Both the position numbers and the translations under genes were made by a program. The notes beneath the pieces were generated by a model. It made no database searches and was not told the DNA's origin. It saw nothing but the letters and a program-made list of their open reading frames with translations. This document shows positions 51,186-60,149 of a stretch of DNA of 64,000 nt, piece by piece. The DNA comes from a phage. The stretch lies in the sequence record PX418213.1. One strand, 5' to 3'. Position 1 is the stretch's first letter. Each line of letters begins with the position of its first letter.

Positions 51186-52973
51186 TTAGGTAAGGCGTTG
51201 AACTGTTACTCGTAATCTCGGTAAGAAAACTGCGGCGGATTCATTTGCATGTATAACTACACCTAACTCAGCTTTACCGTTACCCAAATTTTTAATAGTA
51301 TAAATAAATCCACTTCTAGTAAATGTTAAATCATCAGGTCGACTAGCCCACTGCTGTGTATAGCTATAAGAAGCTGTAGTATGGAAGGGCACCAAATGAT
51401 TAGGTGGTAAAGTTAATATTTGATGGAATACCCCGTCACCACCGGTATAACTTTGTTGTCTTCTACCTTGCACCTGCCACGCAGTACCACCGTATGTTCG
51501 TATAGGACCTCCTGCTGTATTAAGATTTCCGGCAACTACTTCAGTAGTTAGGATTACTGTAGAGTTTGCATTAGGTAATCCAAGACCCACTGTAGATAGA
51601 GCTACGTACTTATTCCCAGTACCTGGGTAAGAAGGATTTATGTCATCACCTATGTACGTACTAGCTACGTTATTTGGTAGTAATCGTAAAGGTACTGAAG
51701 AAGGCCCCCAAACAACTCCGTGCTCATTACCTATAGTATTATTATTGGAATTAACATACCATTGTTTACCAGCAGAGAATTTGTAAATACTTATCTGAGA
51801 CTTAGAACCACCATAATTTACAGGTGACCACAAAGAACCTTTGTTAGAGCCTACAATTTCACATCTTGCTGTAGTATCCCCAAAGACTCCGGTATAAGCA
51901 ACGTTATTACCAATGTACTCCATATCAGGTCTAGATGATAAGTTACCAAAAGCATTCTGATTAATGAATTTGTAACTAGTGTTTGGAAGACTAACACCTT
52001 TTATAGTAAAGTTAGAAGGACTTATACGAATGTCGGATCCAGTAAAAGGATTACTAGCAACGCTCATACTACCATTAGAGTATCTAAGATTCAGCACATA
52101 CCAAATAACCCTAGTCGGAGTAATATTATAGCTATCTTGAACATACTTCTTCTTTGCTGCCTGTGATGCTAAATTAGATGTCGAGCCTCTGCATACATAA
52201 ACCTTATTCGGATAGGTAGAAGAATTATATAGTACACTCACATTACTTGGCGTAGTGCCTTTTTTACCCGCGTATCCACGTATATTAGAGTTACAAACAT
52301 AAAACCAATTATGACCTCTTTTTCCCGCCCCTATAGGAGCTTGCCAATTAGGGTGCCAGAAGTCAACATTACCACTATTTATCGATACTTTAGATGCTCC
52401 AGCTGGAAATCCTGCTAAAGTCCATGCCCTACCTATAGCTTCACCGGCGTATGCCCCACCAGGTCTATATAAATTAAACCCAGAAGCCTGTGATATAGTA
52501 CCACCAGTACCTTGTCTAGCTATTGACTCTTCATGTCCCAGACTAGAGTTATAAGTATAAGTACCATGTGCTAAACTATTACCAGATGCAAAAGCTGACG
52601 TAAGACCTAATTCAGCACCAGCCCTGCCAATAGGGGGATCTTCAAAAAATGCAAGAAATTGTCCAACCTGGGATTGAGTACCATTAAGAAAAGCTCTATG
52701 TGTACCATTTATCTCAACAGCGGTTAGTATAACTCTACCAGGATCATTACTCTTTAGGTTAGCTATCACAGAAGGCATCTGGCATACGTAGAAACCATTC
52801 CCAGCGCTACTTAATGCACTTTCATAAGTACTCTCAACTAGAACAAATGGCATATCAGAGTGAAATATAGTATTGGCATTAGGAGTTTTGTGAGCATTAA
52901 TATCCCCACCATTCACTTTGTTTAGTGATAATACAGTTTTACCATCACTATATTTTCCAGCGAAAAAACCCAT
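51186..52973 (-). CDS. receptor-binding tail protein (pb5-like)
   Basis: 595 aa, Gly/Asn/Ser/Thr-rich; divergent from an adjacent lipoprotein gene, as in the T5 oad/llp arrangement. Confidence 0.5.
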
Positions 52974-52998
52974 ATAATCTCCTATTATAAAAATGTAT

Positions 52999-53027
52999 TT
53001 GCTTTCATCCCTCTATTTTGCTATAAT
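52999..53027 (+). promoter_or_regulatory. sigma70 promoter, N25 type, for the lipoprotein gene
   Basis: TTGCTT, 17 nt, TATAAT, then tagattcataaatt leader nearly identical to the 7359-7400 promoter. Confidence 0.6.
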
Positions 53028-53058
53028 AGATTCATAAATTAGAAATGGAGAGATAAAT

Positions 53059-53325
53059 ATGAAAAAGTTTGTGATTGCACTAGTTGCCGCAGTTATGTTA
53101 TCTGGTTGTGCACCTGCTCCCAAACCATTTTGTACGGGATTTGTAAAATCTTTTGGTGGTGCGGGAGAAGAACATTACGGTCTCAAGGTTCAAAAAGTTC
53201 GTATTAAGGGAGACCGCTTTCCAGTAGTACAGCTCCGTACTAAGTTTGGATGGTGGGATCTCAGTCAGTTTGACCTTAAATATGGTGATTGTAAATTTAA
53301 ACTAGAACAATCTAATTACTTGTAA
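53059..53325 (+). CDS. llp: lipoprotein, lytic-conversion (receptor-blocking) type
   Basis: Signal peptide with lipobox MLSGC; small size; divergent from the receptor-binding protein gene. Confidence 0.55.
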   Translation: MKKFVIALVAAVMLSGCAPAPKPFCTGFVKSFGGAGEEHYGLKVQKVRIKGDRFPVVQLRTKFGWWDLSQFDLKYGDCKFKLEQSNYL

Positions 53326-53501
53326 TTAGTATAAAACAAAAAGACATCCAAGTAAACTAAATTTTTTATTTCTTGGATGGTGTACTGGCAGAAAACACTA
53401 TGCAAGAAAAGTAGAAGTCCTTCTAGGAAGTCACAAGCATGGTTGGTTATGCACAAATTTTAAAATATTTCAAAATACCACATTTACGGGGCACGAAAGA
53501 T

Positions 53502-53630
53502 ATGTCAAACAAAAGAAAGAACAGACGCGGAGAAGTGTATGAAGCGTGGATTAATATTTACGGATTTGGTTTTGTATTATTCCTAATCTTCGTGGGTTTT
53601 TGGTTAGCAGCTATGGCGGGGTGGATTTAA
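53502..53630 (+). CDS. small single-pass membrane protein (array member 1)
   Basis: MSNKRKNRRGEVYEAWINIYGFGFVLFLIFVGFWLAAMAGWI; ORF track version starts at 53439. Confidence 0.35.
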   Translation: MSNKRKNRRGEVYEAWINIYGFGFVLFLIFVGFWLAAMAGWI

Positions 53631-53785
53631 TGGAATGGGTAACTATTGGCATATTCGTCTTATTGATACTTCTCTTCGTAGGCTTACGTGTAATAGATAC
53701 CTCTGTAACCCAAACAGAAATTAAATTAATGCAGTTGAGTAATAGATTATCTAGAATTGAAACTTTATTAGAGGAGCGTAAATAA
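53630..53785 (+). CDS. small single-pass membrane protein (array member 2)
   Basis: MEWVTIGIFVLLILLFVGL...RIETLLEERK; ATG overlaps the previous stop (TAATG); GGGTGGA upstream. Confidence 0.4.
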   Translation: MEWVTIGIFVLLILLFVGLRVIDTSVTQTEIKLMQLSNRLSRIETLLEERK

Positions 53786-53892
53786 TGGAATGGGTAATTA
53801 TTGCACTACTGGGGATTGTGATTATTGGGCAATGTATTTTAGATAATCACCTAGCTAGAATTGAAACCTTATTATTGGAGAAACGTAAATGA
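53785..53892 (+). CDS. small single-pass membrane protein (array member 3, 35 aa, absent from the ORF track)
   Basis: MEWVIIALLGIVIIGQCILDNHLARIETLLLEKRK, a clear paralog of member 2; TAATG overlap; GAGGAG upstream. Confidence 0.4.
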   Translation: MEWVIIALLGIVIIGQCILDNHLARIETLLLEKRK

Positions 53893-54083
53893 TGGAAGTG
53901 ACAGTTACACTAATAGTAATATTAGTCTGGGTAATCCTCATTGTCTCTCGTATCGTGTACCTCCGCCTAAAAACTCTAGAAGCTCAGGTGAAACAACAAC
54001 AAGTTATTCTAGAAAAGCTAGTACTACTGCAACGTTGTGATAGCACCCGTATTCTGCAAATTGAGAGGGAATTAGATGTTTAG
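53889..54083 (+). CDS. small single-pass membrane protein (array member 4)
   Basis: MMEVTVTLIVILVWVILIVSRIVYLRLKTLEAQ...; ATGA overlap with member 3. Confidence 0.4.
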   Translation: MMEVTVTLIVILVWVILIVSRIVYLRLKTLEAQVKQQQVILEKLVLLQRCDSTRILQIERELDV

Positions 54084-54321
54084 TATTATAATTGCTTTTA
54101 TTATCGGGATACTCGCGGGGGTTTTCGGAACGACTGCGGCAATCAACAAGCATCGTAAATATATTGCGGGAGTGACGCGGGAAATTGCGGAAAGGGAGCG
54201 GAAGTTTGACGAGAAACGTGCGGAGTTTGAGCGGGAGTGGTCGGATGGATCTCGGGCGTCGCGGAAGAGATTCCGTGAGTTCAGACCAGAACACAGGTTT
54301 GATGACCCTTCTATGCGCTAA
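54076..54321 (+). CDS. small membrane-anchored protein with charged C-terminal tail (array member 5)
   Basis: MFSIIIAFIIGILAGVFGTTAAI then Arg/Glu-rich tail; overlaps member 4. Confidence 0.4.
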   Translation: MFSIIIAFIIGILAGVFGTTAAINKHRKYIAGVTREIAERERKFDEKRAEFEREWSDGSRASRKRFREFRPEHRFDDPSMR

Positions 54322-54432
54322 TTTGACTTTTGCCAAATTTCATAAGATTACACATGGAGGTGTGTCCAGTGGGTTGGGAGAGAATACTTAGTCTGCTAAC
54401 CGCCACCCCCGTTACTATTACCATGCTAAATG

Positions 54433-54471
54433 TTTCACCCTGCAACCATTTTAATTGCAAGGTGAAACAAT
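54433..54471. other. hairpin between convergent genes
   Basis: 14-bp stem with one mismatch, gtttcaccctgcaa / ttgcaaggtgaaac. Confidence 0.3.
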
Positions 54472-54485
54472 TTCAACTTTAATTA

Positions 54486-55262
54486 TTACGCGACTTTTAG
54501 TTTCTCAATATATTGTTGCGGGCTGCAACTATATTCTGCGCGTTCTTCTTCTGTCATACTTTCCCAACATAGTTTTAAGCGATCGGCTAGGAACTGATAA
54601 TCATTATCATCCTCGAGCGATTCATCAATAAAGGTTCCGCCTATCAATGCCACGCCGATTGATAGAATATCATTAACGGCTTGCGCGTCCAACGTTTTAA
54701 ATCCGTATGATGCCGCCGCTGATAATACACCTTTATGATCATCAATCATTGTAAAATCAGCGTTCGGGTATAGCTGTTTAAATAATCCAAAGTAGTAACT
54801 TTTATATACTGCGTCCTTGCTGTGGTATATTTCGCTAACCTTATCAGCTTCAAAATATTTGTGCAGTGTATCGCGGGAAAATACACGGATATTACTATCC
54901 CCACGCCCGCGCAAGCCTTGCTTGCGTAGGAAGTAATAATCTGATTTGCTCATCAGGCGAGCGGTACAAATAAGGTTTAAGGTATTTGCGTCATTCATGC
55001 ATTGGCGCATATATTCAACTAATGGTAATAAGGTGTCTTGCATTATTAAATGATGCTTGCAAGCCTCGTTTTTGTATTTATTTAAATCTAAATTCCCGTC
55101 GCTATCAAAGCAAGGCGCTACGCGATGGAATGAGTTAACGATAGTGCCATCAAGATCCCAAATCATGACGCGGGAAACATGAGGAAAGCTACGGGTAATA
55201 TTCGTTTTAACTTGATTCATTTTGTTACGTTCTCCATTAAAGGGATGTAGTTTATCCAGCAT
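54486..55262 (-). CDS. dmp: HAD-family phosphatase, likely deoxynucleoside 5'-monophosphatase (dmp-like)
   Basis: HAD motif I VMIWDLDGTIV; sits in a pre-early-like block next to an A1-like gene. Confidence 0.5.
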   Translation of the reverse strand: MLDKLHPFNGERNKMNQVKTNITRSFPHVSRVMIWDLDGTIVNSFHRVAPCFDSDGNLDLNKYKNEACKHHLIMQDTLLPLVEYMRQCMNDANTLNLICTARLMSKSDYYFLRKQGLRGRGDSNIRVFSRDTLHKYFEADKVSEIYHSKDAVYKSYYFGLFKQLYPNADFTMIDDHKGVLSAAASYGFKTLDAQAVNDILSIGVALIGGTFIDESLEDDNDYQFLADRLKLCWESMTEEERAEYSCSPQQYIEKLKVA

Positions 55263-55300
55263 TGCCCGCTATCTATCAGCGGGCAATAATAAATCAACTA

Positions 55301-55693
55301 TTAAAGACCAAAGGCCAGCGCATCAGCGATAAAACTAATATCTTCTCCTGATACGTGGGAACGAATGCCCGCGCATGTAAATACCTTCGCGCTCATTAGT
55401 TGATCATCAAGACAAGCCGGACAAGGCGCGACAACTGCAAACGCTAGGCCGGATTTCACGGCGTCGATGATAATCGTTTCCTGCTTCACCGTATCAACAT
55501 AAACGCCTGCGGCCTTGATGTGACTACTTGCGCGGCCTTGCGTATAGGCGAAAGTCGTGATCTGCAGCGCCTCGTTAAACTCGAGTAAATCATCAACAAC
55601 GTGACCGGCCTCAACGTGATACCGCTCCCCATTAGAATAAACCAGAACGATTGAGGATTGAGCGCGATCGAATGGAATATTTTGCTTTTTCAT
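55301..55693 (-). CDS. hypothetical protein (130 aa)
   Basis: ORF track; contains HVE and PCPAC motifs but with spacing atypical for cytidine deaminases. Confidence 0.35.
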   Translation of the reverse strand: MKKQNIPFDRAQSSIVLVYSNGERYHVEAGHVVDDLLEFNEALQITTFAYTQGRASSHIKAAGVYVDTVKQETIIIDAVKSGLAFAVVAPCPACLDDQLMSAKVFTCAGIRSHVSGEDISFIADALAFGL

Positions 55694-55760
55694 AGTTATA
55701 AAACTCCAATTAATTTAATAAGGGAAATAAGCGAGGTATATACCCCGCTTATAAATTTAA

Positions 55761-57446
55761 TTATGCGAAAAACTTACCGTTTTTAAAGTCAATCAAAGTG
55801 CGCTGGCCGTTCGCATAGGTAATTAAATGCGTTTGCGTCCAGCTTGACGCGCCAACGTTATAGCCCATATCTAGGGAACCAGCAACGCCCGCCGTATATA
55901 CGCCGCCGTAAATGCTGGCGGTGTGAGTGTGCCCCGTGTTTAACTTGCCCAATTTCTTAAACTGCTTAGGATTGCCACGGCTGCCGTTTATGCCGTTGTG
56001 ACCGTGTACGCCGCATTCAATGCCTGCAATCTTGAAAGATTGATCAGTCGTTAGGAAAATCGCGTTAAACTCGCAACCTGCGACGGTACGCAGCGCATAA
56101 TCTAGCACGTTGAAAGTATCATCCTGCCTTGCAATAGCTGCATAGATAGCGGCATTCAGGCGGTGATATAATTCCGCGTTTGCTGGATCGTCTTTAATGT
56201 TAGCATTGCGATCATCAAGCCAACGGGATAGCGCCAGATCGTGGTTTGATTCCACAATGATTGTTTGACTAAAATCACGTTCCATTGATTCCAGCACGCG
56301 CCCGGTATCGATGAGATCATCCAGAACCTTATCACGTCCGGCTGCATACTGTTTCGCTAGAAATACACCAGAAGCGCGGTTATGGTGGTTGCGCGATGTA
56401 AAATCATGCACGTCATGCACAAATTGATATTTTGGCTTGAGAATATCCACTAGCCCATAAGTATCACCGTGCCCCCATGACGCTGCGGCGCACTCCTCAT
56501 CAAGTTTTTCGGCGTGTATGTCGCCATATTGCAAGCCTAAAACATGCCCCGACGTTTCAAAGCATCCGGTGGGAGTAGCGCAAACGTTCAGATCGTAAAA
56601 CATGCCGCTTTCGTCCATCGTTTCAAGCTGGCGCACAAAAAACTCACCGTCTTCGTCGAACTCAACAATCAGCGCACCGAAATTATGCAATGCTTCCGCT
56701 TTCTGTCCTGCTTTCTGCTGAATGTAGTTTTTAAGCGTTGCCGTTCCGGTGGAATACATGCGGCGCACTACTTCACCTTTGAGAGCTGGCACGCTTTCGG
56801 CGGTGATTTTAGCGTGACCAATTGCCAGACCTTCCAGATTAAGCGCGGTTGCAGTTTCTGCGAATCCAGACAGCGGATAGTCTGCGGTGGGCAAAACATT
56901 AATTTCAGCCATGAAAGCGAAACGGCGGTTATTTAAAAACACGTTTTTACTGCAAATATATTTATCAAACGCGGAATCATATTTGATTCCGTCTGCGCCT
57001 TCCCCATTCTGGAATCCGTTTTTATTATAAATATACTTGCTAACCAGCAAATCAGCGCCGATAAATTGGGCGTATTGCTCCAACGCGGCTAAAAAGTTTT
57101 TATGCGGGAAAGTATTATTTTGAATCGACGTTAGAATAAAGCGTTTACCTTGTTTTACTTCCCACTGTTCCACCGTGCTAGAAATAATTCCAGCCGCTTC
57201 GGGGCGCTCGTCGTTTTTAATGGCTTTTGCTACTTTCGCCGCTTTTGGTTTCGCTGGTTTATTTGCTTCCAGCCAATCACAAATCGCGGTGGAGTGTTTT
57301 GCAGTATCGTAAACCGCTTTCGAAATATCGTCACAAACTTCCAGCTTGGTGGCGCGCAGACGTTTACCATAGAAATTAAAGTCAGCGGCCAGCTTCAGGA
57401 TAACGGTTTGCTTTTCTGCGGAAATAATCATAGTAATAAGCTCCAT
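55761..57446 (-). CDS. A1: A1-like pre-early protein with metallophosphoesterase domain
   Basis: 561 aa; calcineurin-like motifs YGDIH, ESNHD, GHxH-like GHTH; adjacent to an A2-like gene. Confidence 0.55.
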   Translation of the reverse strand: MELITMIISAEKQTVILKLAADFNFYGKRLRATKLEVCDDISKAVYDTAKHSTAICDWLEANKPAKPKAAKVAKAIKNDERPEAAGIISSTVEQWEVKQGKRFILTSIQNNTFPHKNFLAALEQYAQFIGADLLVSKYIYNKNGFQNGEGADGIKYDSAFDKYICSKNVFLNNRRFAFMAEINVLPTADYPLSGFAETATALNLEGLAIGHAKITAESVPALKGEVVRRMYSTGTATLKNYIQQKAGQKAEALHNFGALIVEFDEDGEFFVRQLETMDESGMFYDLNVCATPTGCFETSGHVLGLQYGDIHAEKLDEECAAASWGHGDTYGLVDILKPKYQFVHDVHDFTSRNHHNRASGVFLAKQYAAGRDKVLDDLIDTGRVLESMERDFSQTIIVESNHDLALSRWLDDRNANIKDDPANAELYHRLNAAIYAAIARQDDTFNVLDYALRTVAGCEFNAIFLTTDQSFKIAGIECGVHGHNGINGSRGNPKQFKKLGKLNTGHTHTASIYGGVYTAGVAGSLDMGYNVGASSWTQTHLITYANGQRTLIDFKNGKFFA

Positions 57447-57527
57447 TAAAGGGATAAAAAACGTTTGTTATTGGCAAATGTTGCCAAATATAACGCCTCC
57501 AATAATAGGCGTTATAATTTGCAATAT

Positions 57528-57725
57528 TTAACTAATAGGCATCAGGCTAGAACTAACACCGCAAACAACGGCGGCAATAAAACAAATCAGGCCCAAACGC
57601 TTCGCTAACTTAGATTTGCGTTTAAAATAATACGAATCTAAATCATTTTGAAAATATGCGAACAATAACGAGGCCGCCACAATAAATAGGCCTAAAATTA
57701 AGGATTCAGTAGGAAAGAAAATCAT
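57528..57725 (-). CDS. small membrane protein (two predicted TM segments)
   Basis: MIFFPTESLILGLFIVAASLLFAYF...LICFIAAVVCGV; ORF track version 57528..57773. Confidence 0.3.
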   Translation of the reverse strand: MIFFPTESLILGLFIVAASLLFAYFQNDLDSYYFKRKSKLAKRLGLICFIAAVVCGVSSSLMPIS

Positions 57726-57782
57726 TTTAATAACTCCAATTAAAGGGAAATTATAGTGGGGAATAATCCCCACTAATTAAAT

Positions 57783-58190
57783 TTATTCACCTGCGGCTTG
57801 TTTTACCTCATCGGCAACGCCTAACAACTGCGCCACGGCGTCCAGCGTTTCCAGCTTCGCGCTTTCAAGGCTTGCCAGATCATCGGCGTCCTTGATAATG
57901 CCGGAATCGATAGCGTGTTTTGCAATTACTCGCACATAGTGAGCTTTACGGATTGAGCTGCCGCCGCCAACCTTGCGCGGCTTGTCGCTTTTTTGGTAGG
58001 CTTTCGCGCTGGTCAATTTCGAACGAACTGACACGGGAGAAGCCGCACCAACTGCTTTCGCGATCTCTTTCAAGCCGTCGCTATTTGCGAATTCTAGCCC
58101 GTTTTCATTGATTAACTGCTGATACATGGAAACAGCCTGCTGGGTGTTTTCTTCGTTCCAGGAAAATTTTGCGGCTTTAACGTTAGTCAT
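57783..58190 (-). CDS. A2: A2-like pre-early DNA-binding protein (135 aa)
   Basis: Size and position immediately upstream of the A1-like gene; basic C-terminal half. Confidence 0.45.
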   Translation of the reverse strand: MTNVKAAKFSWNEENTQQAVSMYQQLINENGLEFANSDGLKEIAKAVGAASPVSVRSKLTSAKAYQKSDKPRKVGGGSSIRKAHYVRVIAKHAIDSGIIKDADDLASLESAKLETLDAVAQLLGVADEVKQAAGE

Positions 58191-58290
58191 GGTAAAAACT
58201 CCAATTAATTTAATTTAAGGGATTAAATGATTAACTAATGTTAATCGTTATATGCCCCGAACTACTGGGGCATATAAAGTTAACACTAAT

Positions 58291-58542
58291 TTATAAAACG
58301 GCTTCCCATTTTTCGTTGCGTTGAACAACCTTTACAACGTCGCCGGATTTAACGCGAACGTTATAAATCGGCTTGCCGTTGTTACTGCGCTCATTTTCAG
58401 CGTATACCGCGTCGATTGTATCGAACGGCATGAGCGCCGCGCCTTTAATACGTTCGGCTTTTCCGGTCAATTCATCCGTTTTAGTAACGAAAGGAATAAA
58501 AACGGATTGACCAACTTTCGGCGCATTAATAACGTTTTTCAT
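58291..58542 (-). CDS. hypothetical small protein (83 aa)
   Basis: ORF track; first gene of the minus-strand pre-early-like unit. Confidence 0.4.
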   Translation of the reverse strand: MKNVINAPKVGQSVFIPFVTKTDELTGKAERIKGAALMPFDTIDAVYAENERSNNGKPIYNVRVKSGDVVKVVQRNEKWEAVL

Positions 58543-58774
58543 GGTATAAACTCCAAGTTATTTGTGGATTGTTCCGCATTATCTGCTACTTTCTAGCAGA
58601 CAATAAGAAAAAATCCGCTAGCCATTATAAAATCAATTTAAGGAACTCCACGCGGGCCGCTATATCCCAGTTAGGGGGCGGGATGCATTATGGTAAGCAC
58701 CGACCGTCAGATTTTATCAAGTTATCGCTCTTATCGAACTGGGTACATCTTAAAGCCTATCGGCTAGGGTGTCA

Positions 58775-58948
58775 AATAGTTTTTTCGTTTTCTTTTAAGT
58801 TAGGATCTTCCCAACTGAATAGCATTTCGCAAAATATTTTCCCATCTTTATGATGGTAAGCTATTTCACTTCCGTGGTTAGCACAAAAATTAATCACCGC
58901 TTCAGCTTGTTCTACCGTGATATTGTTAGCCGTTTCTTTGATTTTCAT
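58775..58948 (-). CDS. hypothetical small protein (57 aa, absent from the ORF track)
   Basis: ATG at 58948 preceded by AAGGAA at 8-nt spacing; translation MKIKETANNITVEQAEAVINFCANHGSEIAYHHKDGKIFCEMLFSWEDPNLKENEKTI. Confidence 0.3.
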
Positions 58949-59373
58949 ATCGTCGATTCCTTATAATGTAATAAGTTTACCGCCGATAGGCTTTAAGATA
59001 TACCCAATTTTTAAAGAGCGCGGCGGTAAACTTCCCGCCGTGTAGTTCGTCATTGCCGCCCTACGAGATAAATAATAACAAACAACGAAAAAGGCGCAAC
59101 CTTATATTTGTAAAGAAATGTAAAGACAAACGCCACCGGACACCGTGCGGCGACCTGGGCGCAGCGCATTAAAATTAAAAGAAACGGGCGCGCGAATAAC
59201 ACAAAACATAGCAGATAGGCAAGTAATTTTTTCACTTATATTTGCTTTGGGGGTATTGACAAAATCTAAAAAGCTCGTGGCAGCGATAAACGACGTGGCC
59301 CCTTATGATTGGATGGCCAAAAACTTTATTGCGTTCTGGGGCGTTTTAGGCGCATTCTAGCCTTGTTGATAAC

Positions 59374-59834
59374 TTATCCACAGAAGCAAAAATGAAATTT
59401 TCCTAGTTATCCACTTGACTTTTATTTTCCAGTGGATAACTACTTATTTTATGAAATAAATTAATTGACTTTTATTTGCTAGTATGCATCGGAAAGATAG
59501 CAGACTAATAATTGCTAGGATGATGATCATGCTGGTGGATTGTAACGGCCTGAATTATTAGCAGACTGTTAATCAGGGAAAATCTCATTAGCCAACTAAC
59601 TATTTCATGATATATAATATACTTATAAATTAATGAGAAATAATAACTATAAGAAATCATCATCATTATAATAATAACTATAAGAAATCATCATCATTAT
59701 AATAATAACTATAAGAAACTATCGGCATAAGTGAGAACCACTATCATTTAAGTTATCCACAACGTTATCCACAGCACAAAATAATTTGACACGATAGGCG
59801 GCGATATGAGGGCTTTTACACAGACTTATCCACA
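59374..59834. promoter_or_regulatory. cluster of DnaA-box-like 9-mers in an AT-rich intergenic region
   Basis: TTATCCACA at 59374, 59744, 59755, 59826; TTATCCACT / AGTGGATAA inverted pair at 59407 and 59431. Confidence 0.55.
59640..59727. repeat. tandem direct repeat, 31-bp unit, about 2.6 copies
   Basis: ataataactataagaaatcatcatcattata repeated with period 31. Confidence 0.7.
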
Positions 59835-59860
59835 GGTTATCCTACTGTATAAATATACAG
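59821..59860. repeat. left arm of a 40-bp inverted repeat containing a DnaA box
   Basis: cagacttatccacaggttatcctactgtataaatatacag; reverse complement of 63118-63157 with one mismatch. Confidence 0.7.
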
Positions 59861-59956
59861 GGTAAAAAGGCAGTGTTAACGACTGCAATCAATTTTAGGC
59901 GGCCTAAAACGCTTTCTAACGAGCTAAACGCTGCGGGGTAATATTAAAGTAAAGAC

Positions 59957-60003
59957 CCAACACGTCGCCCTGATGGCTTCAGTGCGTCGCCCTGGTGGCT
60001 TCG
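59957..60003. repeat. tandem direct repeat, about 22-bp unit, two copies
   Basis: cgtcgccctgatggcttc / cgtcgccctggtggcttc. Confidence 0.5.
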
Positions 60004-60149
60004 CCGTGTTTTGCTCGTTACTACACCGCTGCGCGGTTAGCATAAAATTAGGCGTTAGGCAAGAAAAATAAAAAAGTAAAATAATCTTTGCCTATGCTAG
60101 AAAATTACCTTTATCATTCACTCACCGATTAACGAGAGGGGCCGAACAA

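Noticed and set aside
55301-55693. Cytidine/dCMP deaminase assignment for the 130-aa pre-early ORF
   Set aside because: HxE and PCxxC motifs are present but about 64 residues apart, against about 30 in canonical deaminases; kept as hypothetical.
58569-58853. 94-aa plus-strand ORF in the pre-early intergenic region
   Set aside because: No ribosome-binding site and it overlaps the better-supported minus-strand small ORF 58775..58948.
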